Under the pieces are notes generated by a model, which was given only the letters and a program-made list of their open reading frames with translations, was not told the DNA's origin and did not search any database. From Naegleria gruberi (taxonomy: Eukaryota): DNA of 64,000 nucleotides. Every line of letters begins with the position of its first letter. The first letter of the stretch is position 1. Positions 1 to 12,200 of the stretch are shown here, one piece after another. A program made the position numbers and the translations under genes. The stretch lies in the NCBI GenBank assembly GCA_000004985.1, contig GG738902.1. One strand, given 5' to 3'.

Positions 1-512
1 CAAAAACAATTGCTTATCATTACAATGACCTAACAGTTACAAGCTATTTGCCACCTGGTAACAATACAAACGATCGCTCCATAATCAACATCATAAACTG
101 GAGGGGAAAGAAATTGGTTTTTGCTGGAGACCAACAATATTCAACAATACTGAAAGTATTGGCTGCGAAAGGGATTGAAAGTGTATATTTATTCCATATC
201 CCTCATCATGGTTCTAAGCATAATTGGGACTGTGACGTCTTAATACCAGCCAAAAATTATCTTGTAACTGGCTATCCAACAACCAAATACCCTGAGTTTA
301 ATAGTGACTCTCATTTCCAAGTTGTGAGAGGTGTTTGTGAGATGTTGTTGCTACATAAGAATTTTGGAGAAGTTATCATTTATTTTACTAACTGTCGTTT
401 AACTGTTGAGGATTGGTGTCGTATTCAAAATAACGAACGTTACGCTACGGTGAAAAGGTTTGTTCGTATTGTTACAACCAACAACCATCAACAAACTTTC
501 AGTATTTTGTAA
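1..512 (+). CDS. Metallo-beta-lactamase-fold protein, 3' partial gene fragment whose 5' exons lie outside the window. A probable acceptor (aacag|TT) sits near position 25.
   Basis: The translation ...KKLVFAGDQQYS...LFHIPHHGSKHNWDCDVL resembles the C-terminal ComEC/Rec2-type MBL motifs (FxGD ... HHGS). An upstream in-frame stop and an AG acceptor suggest an internal exon start. Confidence 0.35.
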   Translation, partial: KTIAYHYNDLTVTSYLPPGNNTNDRSIINIINWRGKKLVFAGDQQYSTILKVLAAKGIESVYLFHIPHHGSKHNWDCDVLIPAKNYLVTGYPTTKYPEFNSDSHFQVVRGVCEMLLLHKNFGEVIIYFTNCRLTVEDWCRIQNNERYATVKRFVRIVTTNNHQQTFSIL

Positions 513-847
513 TTTTAATAAATATATTATTAGTCTATCAATAAAAGCTTTCAATTCAAATTTAGACTTGATCACAAGAAATTCCAAAAATCTTGAATCA
601 ATATCTTATAAATCTGAAATTGTTCAACAATCCAAAATATCAGTTTGTTCTTATTTTTTCAAATTGATGTTCAGATTGGATAATTTTGTGGGAATCGAAA
701 ATAAATCTCAGAAGCAATCAATATGTTCTTGAAATGCTAGAGTGTATAATCATCCAATACTTATTTCACATCTTACTGCTCAATTCAAATACGATAGTAG
801 GAAATAATTCTTCAAAGTATGCCAATAAGGGGTTTCAAACTGGTTTT

Positions 848-2400
848 TTAATGTTGAGTTTGTTGGGTTGGGTTTTCAGTCAATTCTGCCAATTCGTTTT
901 CAAGTTGAATAACCTTGAGTTCGTGTTGGATAAACATGAATTGTTCATCAATGTTAGCAAATTTGTTTCTTTCTCTGCTATCCAAAACTTTGAGTAAATC
1001 CAATTTGATGAGCTTTGGTGTACTGTCACTCTTAGAGAGGTTTTGAATCTGAGTCATAATTCCATCCATGAGTGTTTTAGTATTTGGTGAGTCAATACTG
1101 CAGCCAACTTCTAAAAGGAATTCACAGACAAGTTTGAGATTCAGCTCTGTAGGATTTTGTAATAAAGAAGAAATAATTAAAAATGCAATCTTTCTATCTA
1201 AAACATGATAAGAAATCAACTTGGCAACAAGTTTCAATGTGTTGGATTTCTTCTGGAAAGATTTAAACTCTTCTTCTAATTCCTTTTCCTTATTTTGAAC
1301 AATGAATTCTTCCTTAAATAATTGCTGACACTTGGTAGCAATCTTCTTCTTGATTGAGACGATCACATCTTGGGGAAGTCTAGATACATTCTCTTCGAGT
1401 TGCTCATAGAATAAACTTGCAATAGTTCCAGCAATGCCTCGATACAAAACCTTCTCTATCAAGATGTCAACCCACAAACTTTGCATATTTTCAGAATTCT
1501 TAAAGAATGAAAAGTTCTTTAACAACTTGTGTCTAGTATTTTCATAAATTTCTGGAGTGAGTCTGGTGGAAGCATAAACCTTGTCATAACTGGATAAGAG
1601 TTTGGACAACAAGATTTTGATAAATTCAATAGTTTCCTGTTCTGTTCTGTGTTTCTTTCTCTCGTTTTGTGGCTTATGTTGCTTGATATTTCTTCTTTCG
1701 TACTTTCTATCATTTTGAAATGTTTCCGATTGACCTTGTTGTGCTGGTTGAGATACTGGTTTGGTTTCACTCTTTCCTGATACTGGTCGTTGATTAGTGT
1801 TAGCAGTACTGTTTGTTGGAGTTGCTGTAGTTGTTGTGGTAGTAACATGTTGTACAGGAGGAGCATTAGTGACACTTGTTGTTGAAGATCCTGTTGTTGG
1901 AGTGTTTTCAGTAATGGTTGTTGTGGCAGGTTTTGAAGATGTTGCACTAGGCTTAATTGGTGAAGTTGTAGATGGTGGTGATTGATGATGATCCTTAAGG
2001 TGAGCAACATTTCTCTTGTGGTGATGCTTGTTGCTTGGATGGCTCTTTTCTGTTAGTTATTTGAATATTAATGATCAATATTATTTAACAATTAATACAA
2101 AATAAATAATTTGATCAATTATTAAAACCTACCCGATGATGCATCTGTTGCTGATACAGCAGTAGTTGTTGTTGCCGATTGTGTTGGTGTTGTATTACTT
2201 GTTGATGGTGTTGTTGTTTTTGTGGCAGTGGTAGTACTACTTTGAGCCGATGATGATGGTTTAGACAGGGATTTCATGTATTGTTCATACTCCCTTTGAA
2301 ATTTATCTTCATCATAATCATCATCAATGACTCCATCATCATCCCAATCACCATCATCGTCTTTAACATCGACCCATTCCTCTTCGAACTTTTTACTCAT
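848..2400 (-). CDS. MIF4G-domain protein with an acidic N-terminus and an S/T/P-rich linker. Two exons: complement(join(848..2049,2133..2400)).
   Basis: The donor sits at tcg g|GTAGGT (2127-2132 on the minus strand) and the acceptor at aacAG (2050-2051). The reading frame runs unbroken from exon 1 through to the 848..1612 ORF. The C-terminal part has a MIF4G-like helical repeat signature. The track ORF 1519..2010 is a wrong-frame artefact. Confidence 0.5.
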
Positions 2401-2533
2401 TTTTTTGTGTGCTTAACAACGTCAACAGCAGAACGTGAGTTGGGAATTCTAAAATATTGACTCTTGAGTTGTAGGTTTACGATCTTGTCAGCAACATTTA
2501 AAAACTCAATATGACATTTTTTTAATTAGGATA

Positions 2534-2577
2534 TGGCGCCAATTTAAAACTACAATTTTTATCAATTTTGGCGCCAC
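2534..2577. promoter_or_regulatory. Two E2F-type sites, TGGCGCCAA (2534-2542) and TTTTGGCGCCAC (2566-2577), in the bidirectional promoter between the MIF4G gene and the SGL gene.
   Basis: These are GC-rich palindromic TTTSGCGC-class motifs in an otherwise AT-rich intergenic region. The 12-mer is identical to the site at 4237-4248. Confidence 0.45.
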
Positions 2578-2583
2578 AATACA

Positions 2584-3408
2584 ATGGAAAAAATAATTGA
2601 AATTAAGGGTGCTGTCATCAGCTCACCAATTTTTGATACTCAAGGAGGTTTATGTTTCTCTTCAATAAATACTGGAGATGTTTATTTAGTGCCGCAAGGA
2701 GGAGAATCGGATCAGACAATTCATTTGACAAATACAAAAGGCTCACCAACGGGAGTTGCTTTTAACTATGTTGATGGAAGTATTCTTGTTGCTGATTCAG
2801 CAAATCAGGCAATTTTAAAAGTAAATCCCGAGAATAATAATCAAGTTCAAATAATAAGAGGTGATTTTAGAGGAAAGCCATTTATTGGACCAAATAATGT
2901 AATTGTAGATTCTAAAGGAATGATGTATTTTTCAGATAGTGGACCATTAGGTGAAACATCTATTGAGAATCCAAAGGGATCGGTTTATTGTCTTAGTACG
3001 GATGGAAAGATTTTGAAATCACTTGCTTATGAATGTTTGGCATATCCTAGTGGCCTTGCATTTTCACCTCATTCAGAAGATGTAATTTATGTGGCAGAGA
3101 CAATGAAAAATCGTATCTTGAGATTTACCCATATTAATGGAGCATTCTATTGCTCTGTTTTTCAACAATTGAGTGGAGGATTTGGACCAACTGGAATATG
3201 TGTTGATGATGAAGGAAATATCTATGTAGCAATGTACGAATTCAAACAAGTTTCTACTGAAGGAAGAATTCTTGTACTGAGTGAGGCTGGAGTTTTAAAG
3301 AAGGAAATTATCCTTGAGAATATTAGTGAAATTACTGGAATAACCTACAAGAGAGGATTTTTATACATTACAGAAGGCAACAGTGTTTACAAGTATGAAT
3401 TGGATTAA
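2584..3408 (+). CDS. SMP-30/gluconolactonase/LRE-like (SGL) six-bladed beta-propeller protein
   Basis: An intact 274-aa ORF from an ATG. It has repeated ...GxAF/...VADSxN... blade-like segments typical of SGL/strictosidine-synthase-like propellers. Confidence 0.45.
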   Translation: MEKIIEIKGAVISSPIFDTQGGLCFSSINTGDVYLVPQGGESDQTIHLTNTKGSPTGVAFNYVDGSILVADSANQAILKVNPENNNQVQIIRGDFRGKPFIGPNNVIVDSKGMMYFSDSGPLGETSIENPKGSVYCLSTDGKILKSLAYECLAYPSGLAFSPHSEDVIYVAETMKNRILRFTHINGAFYCSVFQQLSGGFGPTGICVDDEGNIYVAMYEFKQVSTEGRILVLSEAGVLKKEIILENISEITGITYKRGFLYITEGNSVYKYELD

Positions 3409-3453
3409 ATTTCAAAAAAAAATATTTAATTACATATTATACAAGAATAAAGT

Positions 3454-4011
3454 TTAACACTTATTAACATTGTAACCCAAAGGTTGTTTGAGGACAGTTT
3501 CTCTAAAACCAAAGGCATTGAAATATCCTTCAATATCAAAGGCAGCACATCCTTCACCCTTAATATCAAATCTAATGTTTCTAACTTGAACACAGAAACC
3601 AATATCTAACAAGAAATCCAAACAAATTGGATCAAGATTAACAAGTCCCATATCAAACTCCTTATCAAAGAGAGTTTTACCTCCAGTTTCAACCTTAAGT
3701 TGAACCTTTTGTCTAGTCAAATAAGCGACCATAGTAACAGTTCCAGAAACTTTGATCTTCTTGAGAACCAATTTCTTCTCATATGAAACATCACAAATAA
3801 AAGTCTTGGTAAGCAAATCAGTATTAACAAATCTACAAGTAGCTCCGGCACCTCTAACATTTCCTCTCAATTTACCAATAAGTTGACGGGCCATTTCTTC
3901 TTCAGAAAAAGCAGCAGGGGCAACAGTGAGTGAAGCCTTTTCCTCAGCTCCACAAACAACACCAATCATCAAACAAGCCAACAAGGCAACCAACAACAGA
4001 TAAGCTCTCAT
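3454..4011 (-). CDS. Small secreted cysteine-containing protein (signal peptide, about 185 aa) of unknown family
   Basis: ATG start. N-terminal hydrophobic signal MRAYLLLVALLACLMIGVVCGA, and no later TM segment. Confidence 0.4.
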   Translation of the reverse strand: MRAYLLLVALLACLMIGVVCGAEEKASLTVAPAAFSEEEMARQLIGKLRGNVRGAGATCRFVNTDLLTKTFICDVSYEKKLVLKKIKVSGTVTMVAYLTRQKVQLKVETGGKTLFDKEFDMGLVNLDPICLDFLLDIGFCVQVRNIRFDIKGEGCAAFDIEGYFNAFGFRETVLKQPLGYNVNKC

Positions 4012-4236
4012 TTTTTTAATAAGATTTCGTTAGCACTACTGCGCTCCTTGATAAAATTAAGCTGGCGTTGTTTTTAATTGGTGGGGTGATAATTGCCTGA
4101 TAACAAGCAAAGATTTGCTCCACCTGTTTGTAAGACCGTACTGTGTAGTAAAGTTTTTTAGTTGTTTTATCAAAGTTAAAGTACTTTCAAATGGTTTAGT
4201 TGACTATTTGTGCTTGCAAAACCATTCTAATGGATA

Positions 4237-4248
4237 GTGGCGCCAAAA
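4237..4248. promoter_or_regulatory. E2F-type site GTGGCGCCAAAA (reverse complement TTTTGGCGCCAC) in the divergent promoter of the 3454..4011 and 4299..6020 genes
   Basis: This is an exact reverse-complement copy of the 12-mer at 2566-2577. It lies 51 bp upstream of the ATG at 4299. Confidence 0.45.
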
Positions 4249-4298
4249 TCCAGTTCTAGCAAACATTCGAACGTTAAAAAAAATATTTGAACAAAAAA

Positions 4299-6020
4299 AT
4301 GAAGAAACGAAAACAATCAACCTTGTTCTCGGCAAATCAATCGACAACACCCAATAAGAAGAAGAATAAATCCATTACTTCTCAATCCCCTGCCTTTGAT
4401 AATGTTGTGGTTGATCTGATTGATAGTAGCGATGATGATGAAGAAGAAATTGTTTCACCTTCTCCTCCGATGAGAACAAATCAAATCATTGAAATTATGG
4501 ATGAGAATGATGAGAGATGTAAATTTACAATTCATATTGAAAATAAGACCATTCAGAGTATTAAATTGGATACCAGCAAGGCAAAGATTGTAAAACAGAA
4601 AACCATTACAAACTATTTTAAAAAATCAGTCAAGTTGGAAAAGTCAACTTTTAATTCATATCTTGTGGAGGCTCCTTCTAAGGATTGGTTTGAAAAGAGG
4701 AGGAATGTTTTGGAAATAAGGGATGTGGAATCTAATTTTAAGAGTACTGATGGTGGTCCACTAGTACCAGTTTTTCAAGTCATTGGAAATAACAGCTCAA
4801 CTGTGAATATTAGATCGAGTGATAGAAAGTTGACATTTAAATTGGATACTCTGATTGAATGTGGTGATAATTCAATTTATCATCATGTAACTGTGCCAAT
4901 CCAAAATAAGAAGACACACTCTGTTTGTGTTTCGAATAATTTATCCAATAATAGTGAGAAGAAGATAATACCAAAATTATCCCTTTCTTTCCTTAAATCA
5001 CTGCTCCAGAAGAATACTCGTTTGGGGAGAGCAGAATCGTGCGTCAGAATAGCATCCCTCATGATTTACAAATATTCATTCTTGGAATTTCTGAGAAGGA
5101 TACAGATTATCATTGTGGAAGATTGTCTAATGCATCCGTGTGCTCATTTGATTACTTGGTTAATGATTAATTATGGAAGTAAGGAAGCAACTACACCACA
5201 ATTGGATAATAACTTTTCCACAGCAATTATACCAAAGATATTTATTGATGCATGTTTACAAATTGTTTATGATATTGCCAAGGTAAATTATAGAGAGGAT
5301 TTGTCAAATTGTGAAATGTTTATTTCACAAGATGAAATGAATGCCTTGTTTGGAAGCAAATCTGCTCAATTTTCAGAATTTGAAGAAGATTTGTGTAGAT
5401 CCCTATTTATTAGATCATGTTTTGGAGGAATGAAGGGTGATATTGTACTTTTACATAGTCAATGCAGTCTATGGCTTTACAGGTTTTCAAATAGAGTTTC
5501 TCAGCCACCAAATGAGAATTCAAAAGAATACAACATACCTGAAATATTCCAAAGCATGCTTAATCCTGCAATTGAATATGGTTCACCATGGTTCAAGTAT
5601 TTATGTTCGTTGTACTATTCAGAGAAGAGAGATTTGAACTTTCTTGTATCCTTCCTAAAATCAAAACCTAGTGTGGATTTGTTATGTGAGGATATTGTAC
5701 TTTCAGCCGTTGATTTTCATTGCTTTCCAGTTCTATTAGGGAAGTGTTTGGAAAAATTTAGAGAGCTATCCCCAAATTCTGATATACAAGACCAACTATT
5801 AATGGATGCCCTTAAAAAGATTATTTGGCATAAGGCATCAAAGCTCAACATTCGAACATTTATTGCAACCCTTCCAAAGGAAGAACCGTTCGAAGATACT
5901 GATTGGTATTCAATGGAATGGGATAAATCTCTTGATCCATTTGAGGAGGAAATTTTCCAAGTGATAGAACCTCATTTAAGGGAGATAGAGGCTGATACAT
6001 TCAGACAGCAATGTTTATAA
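4299..6020 (+). CDS. Hypothetical nuclear protein with a basic N-terminus, an acidic SIM-like stretch (VVDLIDSSDDDEEEIV) and a conserved C-terminal globular domain
   Basis: A long ORF whose first ATG is at 4299 (the track start at 4287 is TTG). The N-terminus is K-rich and NLS-like. No family could be assigned. Confidence 0.45.
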   Translation: MKKRKQSTLFSANQSTTPNKKKNKSITSQSPAFDNVVVDLIDSSDDDEEEIVSPSPPMRTNQIIEIMDENDERCKFTIHIENKTIQSIKLDTSKAKIVKQKTITNYFKKSVKLEKSTFNSYLVEAPSKDWFEKRRNVLEIRDVESNFKSTDGGPLVPVFQVIGNNSSTVNIRSSDRKLTFKLDTLIECGDNSIYHHVTVPIQNKKTHSVCVSNNLSNNSEKKIIPKLSLSFLKSLLQKNTRLGRAESCVRIASLMIYKYSFLEFLRRIQIIIVEDCLMHPCAHLITWLMINYGSKEATTPQLDNNFSTAIIPKIFIDACLQIVYDIAKVNYREDLSNCEMFISQDEMNALFGSKSAQFSEFEEDLCRSLFIRSCFGGMKGDIVLLHSQCSLWLYRFSNRVSQPPNENSKEYNIPEIFQSMLNPAIEYGSPWFKYLCSLYYSEKRDLNFLVSFLKSKPSVDLLCEDIVLSAVDFHCFPVLLGKCLEKFRELSPNSDIQDQLLMDALKKIIWHKASKLNIRTFIATLPKEEPFEDTDWYSMEWDKSLDPFEEEIFQVIEPHLREIEADTFRQQCL

Positions 6021-6066
6021 ATTTATTATAAACTGATAACTCACACAAAATATATATTCAGTAATT

Positions 6067-8850
6067 TTACATGTTGATCTTTTGTCTGATTGGAATGACA
6101 TGGTTAGCAATAGTGAGACCAATAAAAATGGCCACACCAACCAAGAACACATCCAAGAAGAAATTCATTCCAGCCTGAGTATTATTGGTATAAATCAAAG
6201 AGGCCATACCTCTATATGACATACTACCTGGACTAAGCATTAACACAGCAACCCCAGCAACTAAAACAGGGGGACAGTGAGTAAAAATAGTAAAAATATT
6301 TGCCATTAAACCAACTGCAACAGCTGCAAGTACTGTAGAAATTTCAATTTTAAGGAATGAAAGAGAAAAATTCAACAGGTGAGCAGTTAAACTAGTTCCT
6401 AAAACAGCAACAATAACCTTTGGATCAGAAGGAACTTTTCTTGAAATCATTGTTGCTAAACTCAATGACAATACAACAATAATTCTCAACCAAATAGGAA
6501 TTGCTAATCTTTCTATATCCTTATCCTCACTTTCTGATAGTAGTGGAATTTGATTAACAATACCTGCTGTAAATATGAGGCCAAATCCTAATTTCAAAAT
6601 AATACTGAAAGCATTGGTAAGTCTTATTACTCCTGCTAGAGAGGCACCTATCGAAATTTCAGATAAGGCCACTGTAATGATTGACCCGGGTAAGAACTGA
6701 TACGATGTGCACAAACTAGTTAAATTGTAAGAATATTAATCGATAATGCTAAAACTTACGTAATCAATGAAACTGAAATATAATACTTGTCGAACAAGAC
6801 CCATTTCATGAAAATACCAACCAATCCACCAATCAAACTAGCAACAGCTGGAATAATCGTCGAGAATATTGGCATTCTCGAGAAGAAAAAGTTAACAACA
6901 CCAATAATTAATCCAATGAGAAGACAAGTAAACACCTCAGGTAAAGTTCCCTTCCATAATAATACAAACAATCCAGGTGTTAAAAAGTGGAAGAATAAAT
7001 TAATCATTGGATGGGAATAAATAACTGGTTCTTGAATGATCTTATTGATCTCAGCTTGAGCTTCATCAATTGTGAAATGTCCATGAGAAATATCACTGGC
7101 AACTTTATCAAGCTTTGCCAATTTATCCATATTTACAGTTTGTCCTTCTAATTTGATAAAATAAGTAAACATATTGTCATTCGATTCTTTTGGTCTATGT
7201 CCTAATCCAATCCAAATTCCATTAGTATTTACAGAAAAGTATGCATCTATACCGTAATACGACGAAATTAAAGTAAGGTGGTATTCCACTTTGTAAGAAC
7301 TCAATCCATATATTGAGAGAGCGTACGCCAGATCTTGAAACTTGTCAAAAAATTATCCAAACAGAAAACATACCAATAAGCAATGAGTGTACCTTCTTTC
7401 TATCGTCTGTCGATAAATCCTTATATAAAACTCTTGATTGATTCTTTTCTGATTGTCCTGTGAAAAAGTATTTGAATGAGCCAATAACTTTTTGTAATTT
7501 AGTCTTTGGTTTAGACACAGGCTCCTCCTCTATGGAGGGAATCCTCAGCATTGCTGTATCATTACCATCCTCTCCACTGCAACTAGATTCAGTTTCCACA
7601 GATACATCAGCTCCATCTATCAATTCCTCCTCATCACCTCCTGATTGCATTTGCTTTTCCTTTGCCTTGAGTAATTTTCTCTGATACCTAAGAGTGTTTC
7701 TGAGCTTTTTGAAATTGTAGGCACGCAAAGTTCTGGTTTGAGACGGAAGTAATACTCTTGGTGTTTCCAGAACAGATGCCAGCTTTTTTGTAGCTCTCTT
7801 AATGAAAGATGGTTTTTCTTCCAAGTTTTTCGATGAGAATATCATTGGCATTCGTTCTTTCAATGAGACACCTGTTTTCTTTTCAATTTGTCTTGCAAGA
7901 TTGTGAGCTGAATTGAACAGAGCACCTATTGCAGAATTTCCTCCATTTGTGAGTTCTTTTTCAGCCAACTTGCGCATATATTCATCCTCCAAAATACTTG
8001 GCTGCATAGTTGGATCCAAAACAAGAGATGAAATAGATTCCATTGAATCTGATGGCCTTAATAAATAACCAGGAATGGTTGGCAAAACAATTCCATCAAT
8101 AGATACTTCCTCCTTTCCAGAAAGTTGCAAAGTTGGTGGGATATGTAACAATCCTTCATCATCCACAGTTGCATCCACAGAAATTGTTTCATCATATGGT
8201 TGCAATTCATCCAATTCTACTTGTATAGGGGTTGAAGGTTTACTCTGATTTCGTTTAAGAATGATTGATCCATGTTGTTCACCAGTTTTCGATCCTCCAA
8301 AACTGAATTTAGCAGCCGATGATGTCACTGCTTCCTTTTGTAAATTATTGTAATTAGAATTTGGAATATCAACATTTAAATTTGGCTTGCTCCTAAATGA
8401 TGCAGGTGTAGTAGCCATAGTAAAATGTGATTGATTATTTGCATGATGATTTAAATTATGAATGGTTGGAGAACTACTCTCGGAAGAATCCTTTGAAAGA
8501 GCAACACCTTTAATATTCGATCGGGTTGATGTATTAATTGTTGTTTCATCATAGTGAGTTGCTGATGATTCTTCCACTGGTGTAGAGTATGGATTAACAA
8601 CCTCTTCATAAGTAGATGATGATGATTGTAGAGGATTCGTAAATACCAACAAATTAGCTTCGGAAGTTGCTGAAGACTGAGGATTTTGATGAGTCGTATT
8701 ATTTGCATGATTAGCATGCTGATGATGATTTGCTTCAAAAACCTGATGTAGCAGAGATGATCCTCCTTTGTTCTTGCTATTCATAGTAGCACTGCCCGTT
8801 GTTGGTGTTTTTGTGGGTTGAGCAGAAATAGAGTTTGAGTTTGCGCTCAT
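6067..8850 (-). CDS. PRM10/ThrE-family (DUF1212+DUF3815) putative threonine/serine exporter-like membrane protein with a long disordered N-terminus. Three exons: complement(join(6067..6715,6760..7333,7374..8850)).
   Basis: The middle and 3' exons encode the characteristic ThrE/PRM10 membrane core. Introns are att g|GTATGT...caAG (7334-7373, 40 nt) and att ac|GTAAGT...ctAG (6716-6759, 44 nt). Frames join to give ...SLLIDLAYALSIYGLSSYKVEY... and ...SVSLITLCTSYQF... Confidence 0.6.
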
Positions 8851-9217
8851 TTTTTTTGCTTTGATATTTTAAAAAAATAGACGTTGGACGATGAAAACTT
8901 TCCAACTATGTATTAATGTACAAAGGTGATGAAATTTGTTGATATTATCATCTTCTACCTCAAGTCAATCGCCTCCCCAATTAACAATGAGCAACAGGTA
9001 TTGTTTTTACTGTGATAACAACCACACTAATATGGATAACGTGCCGTTTTTGCATCATGGCTCTTGTTTTGGGTGACGAAATTTTTTAAAACAAAAAAAT
9101 TAACAAATTTTCAATCTTCCACAAAATTTCATCATCACGAGGTGAGAAAAGGAAGCAACAACAACAAGGCTTCTTATTAAATTTATCAGACCAACAACAA
9201 TAACATCATCTGACAGA

Positions 9218-12200
9218 ATGGCCTCATCACCCGAGATTGTGGAGGTTGTTGATTCATCATCTACAATAGATAATTCTGAACAGAAGAGTTCTCTGATACC
9301 ATCTACTGACCATAACTCTTGGCTAACACCAGTTTCTATAAATCAACTTCTTCATAAAGCACAACAAGAAAAGGAAGAAGAAGAAAATAAGGAGGAAAAT
9401 ACAGATCCAAAGAAGAAAAAGAAGAAGATTCGTTGGTATCACACTAAATGTTTTATCTATTTTGCTGCTATTATACTTGCCGCTATTTCAATTTTGACCA
9501 TTATAATTTCATATGTCTTGTTTGTTAGACATAATCACTTGCTTTTTGTTTGTAATTCTGCAGAGTTTATTGTTGTTTCCTTCTTTGAAGTTATTATTTT
9601 GATTTGTGCTGCCATTGTTGCTTTTAAACTTAATGAATGGTACAAACAGCATCACTCAGAAGTTGCTGAATCAGATGAGGATTTAAAGTTGAAATATTCG
9701 GATAACTTGGCCAGAGACAAGTTGATTATGAAATTCCAAAACACAAGTGTAGTCATTTCACTCTGTTTACTTACAATTTTCACATTAATTTATTTAGCCC
9801 TTTTCGTCATCCTTCTTTACGGAATTTCTAAAACAACACCTTCGCTTTCAGGAGTAGAATATTATACACCAATTCAACATGAAACTGTGATAGAAAAGGA
9901 AAAGACAAGTGGTGTTTTTCACATTCACGCCAAGACTGACTATGAGTTATTCTTTGCACAAGGTGTAGTCACAGCAAAGGAGAGACTATTCCAAATGGAA
10001 ATTATGAGAAGAATGGGTCGTGGTACATTGTCTGCTCTGATTGGTGAAGATGCTCTTGAATTGGATAAGTGGAGCAGAACTCTAGGCCTTTTGAGAAATT
10101 CCAAAAATCATCTTCAAGATTTGGATTATCGTGCTAATTTAACTCTTACTGCTTTCTTTGATGGTGTAAATTCCTATTTGAAAACTAATCCTAAAATGCC
10201 ACCAGAATATTGGTTAATATTTAACAAGAAGACAATTCACAAGTTTGAGGTTGTTGATGCTCTCGTATTTTGGAAATTAGCTGCTTTGGATATTTCTACA
10301 AACATTTTTATGGAAAAAGTAAGATTTAATTCTTTAAGAAAGAACAATACTCTTGCTCATACTATGGAATTTTATCCAACCTATCCAAGAAGTTGGCCTG
10401 AACAATTCAAAAAGACTGATTTGAACATTCAAGCTACTCAAGAGGAGATTGATGCTCTTGAAGAAAGATTTACCAACAACTTTGGAGCCTTTATGCCAAA
10501 GAATGAACAAAGTGACAATGATAATAACAATGATGGAGATGGTGATATTGTTCCTGAAGACCCAGAAGATCCAATCGTACAAGAAGGATTCACTAGAAAA
10601 TTGAGAAAGATTAAGAAAAATCATCCGGCCGTCTATAATTCAATTGAATCATTCTTCAATAAGAAATCACACGAATCATACTTTGCTTCCAATGCTTGGG
10701 CAGTCCATGGATCAAAAACAAAGAATGGAAAACCAATATTGGCCAACGATCCACACATGAAATTAACTGCTCCACTTCCGTTCATTATGTTCCACTTGGT
10801 TTCAGAAGAAAGTGGTTTAGATACCATTGGTGCTACCTATCCACTCATTCCTGGTATTGTTATCGGAAGAAACAAGAATAGTTCATGGGCTATTACTTCA
10901 TCAGGATCTGACGTTCAGGATTTATTTGTATTGGATCAAATTAGTGACTCAACCTATGTTGTCAATGGAACAGAACATGACTATGTAACACATCAAGAGG
11001 AAATTCACTTTGATAATACTCAAAGTGTTACCATTCACGTTAAGGATAGCATTTATGGACCTGTTGTTAATACTCTTTTGGGATGGGAAGATATTCAAGA
11101 AGTTGTTGCTTTGAGCTGGACTGGTATTAAGGATAATGATACCAGTTTGAATGCTGTTATTGGAATCATGTACCAAAATAATTGGCCTCAATTCCATGAA
11201 AATATGAGACATTTGGTTTCTCCTCCTATGAATTATATTTATACTGATGCTGAAAATATTTGCTCACTCGTTGCTGGAATGGTTCCAATCAGAAAGTATG
11301 GACATACTGGATTGTTCCCAGTTTCTGGAAATGGTACCTTTGATTATGAAGGTTATGTTCCATATGAAAAGATGCCATATGTATGCAACCCAGAGAGAAA
11401 GTTTGTTGTTGCTGCCAATGCAAGAATTGAACCACCAGGATATCCATATTATCTTGGTGCTGATGTAGGTACAAAGTACAGACTGGAAAGAATCGAGGAT
11501 TTATTAAGTTCAAACAAGACCTTCAATATTACAAATATGGTCGACATTCAATTAGATACCTATTCTAAACTCTTCTTTGATTTGAAGCCATTTATCTCCA
11601 AGTTGAAAAATACTAGTTTAACATTCCAAGAAGAAGTTATCAGAAAAGATTTGGAAAAGTGGGACGGCTATCTTATTCTTGGATCTAAACAAGCAAGTCT
11701 TTTCGAAATGTTCCACACCAAACTTTGGAATATGTCTTATGCTGATTTGGGTGTTGAAAATTCAAATATTATTTACATTAAGAATGCTCTCAACAAAACA
11801 GGACGATGCTCTCCAAATCTTCCAAAGACTTGTATGTCATATGCAGTATCTGCATTCAAACAGTCTATTGCTGATTTGAAGGTACTCTCCAAGAGTACAG
11901 AGATTCCTTCTTGGGGTGTTGGTATTCACTCAACTACATATTTCCATCCAGTTTTCCACTCATATGCATTCTCTTGTGCATGCGACAAACGTCACTATGT
12001 TCCTGGTGGAACAGACACAATCAACTTTTCTCGTGTTACTGAGACCAATTTAGATTCTTCACATGGTGTTGCTTTCAGACAAATAACTTCTATGAGTGAT
12101 GCTGATGGTGATTTATTTATTACTCCTCTTGGGCAAAGTGCTAACTGGTTAGACTATGACTATCACTCTAATTTGCAAATATTTGCTGAGGGAAGATATC

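Noticed and set aside
1519-2010. Track ORF 1519..2010 (-) encoding a poly-Q/L-rich 163-aa protein, and the overlapping + strand ORF 1797..1985
   Set aside because: The spliced MIF4G gene frame reads straight through this interval in a different frame, from 2049 down to 848. These ORFs are alternative-frame artefacts of a repetitive (CAA/ACA)-rich coding region.
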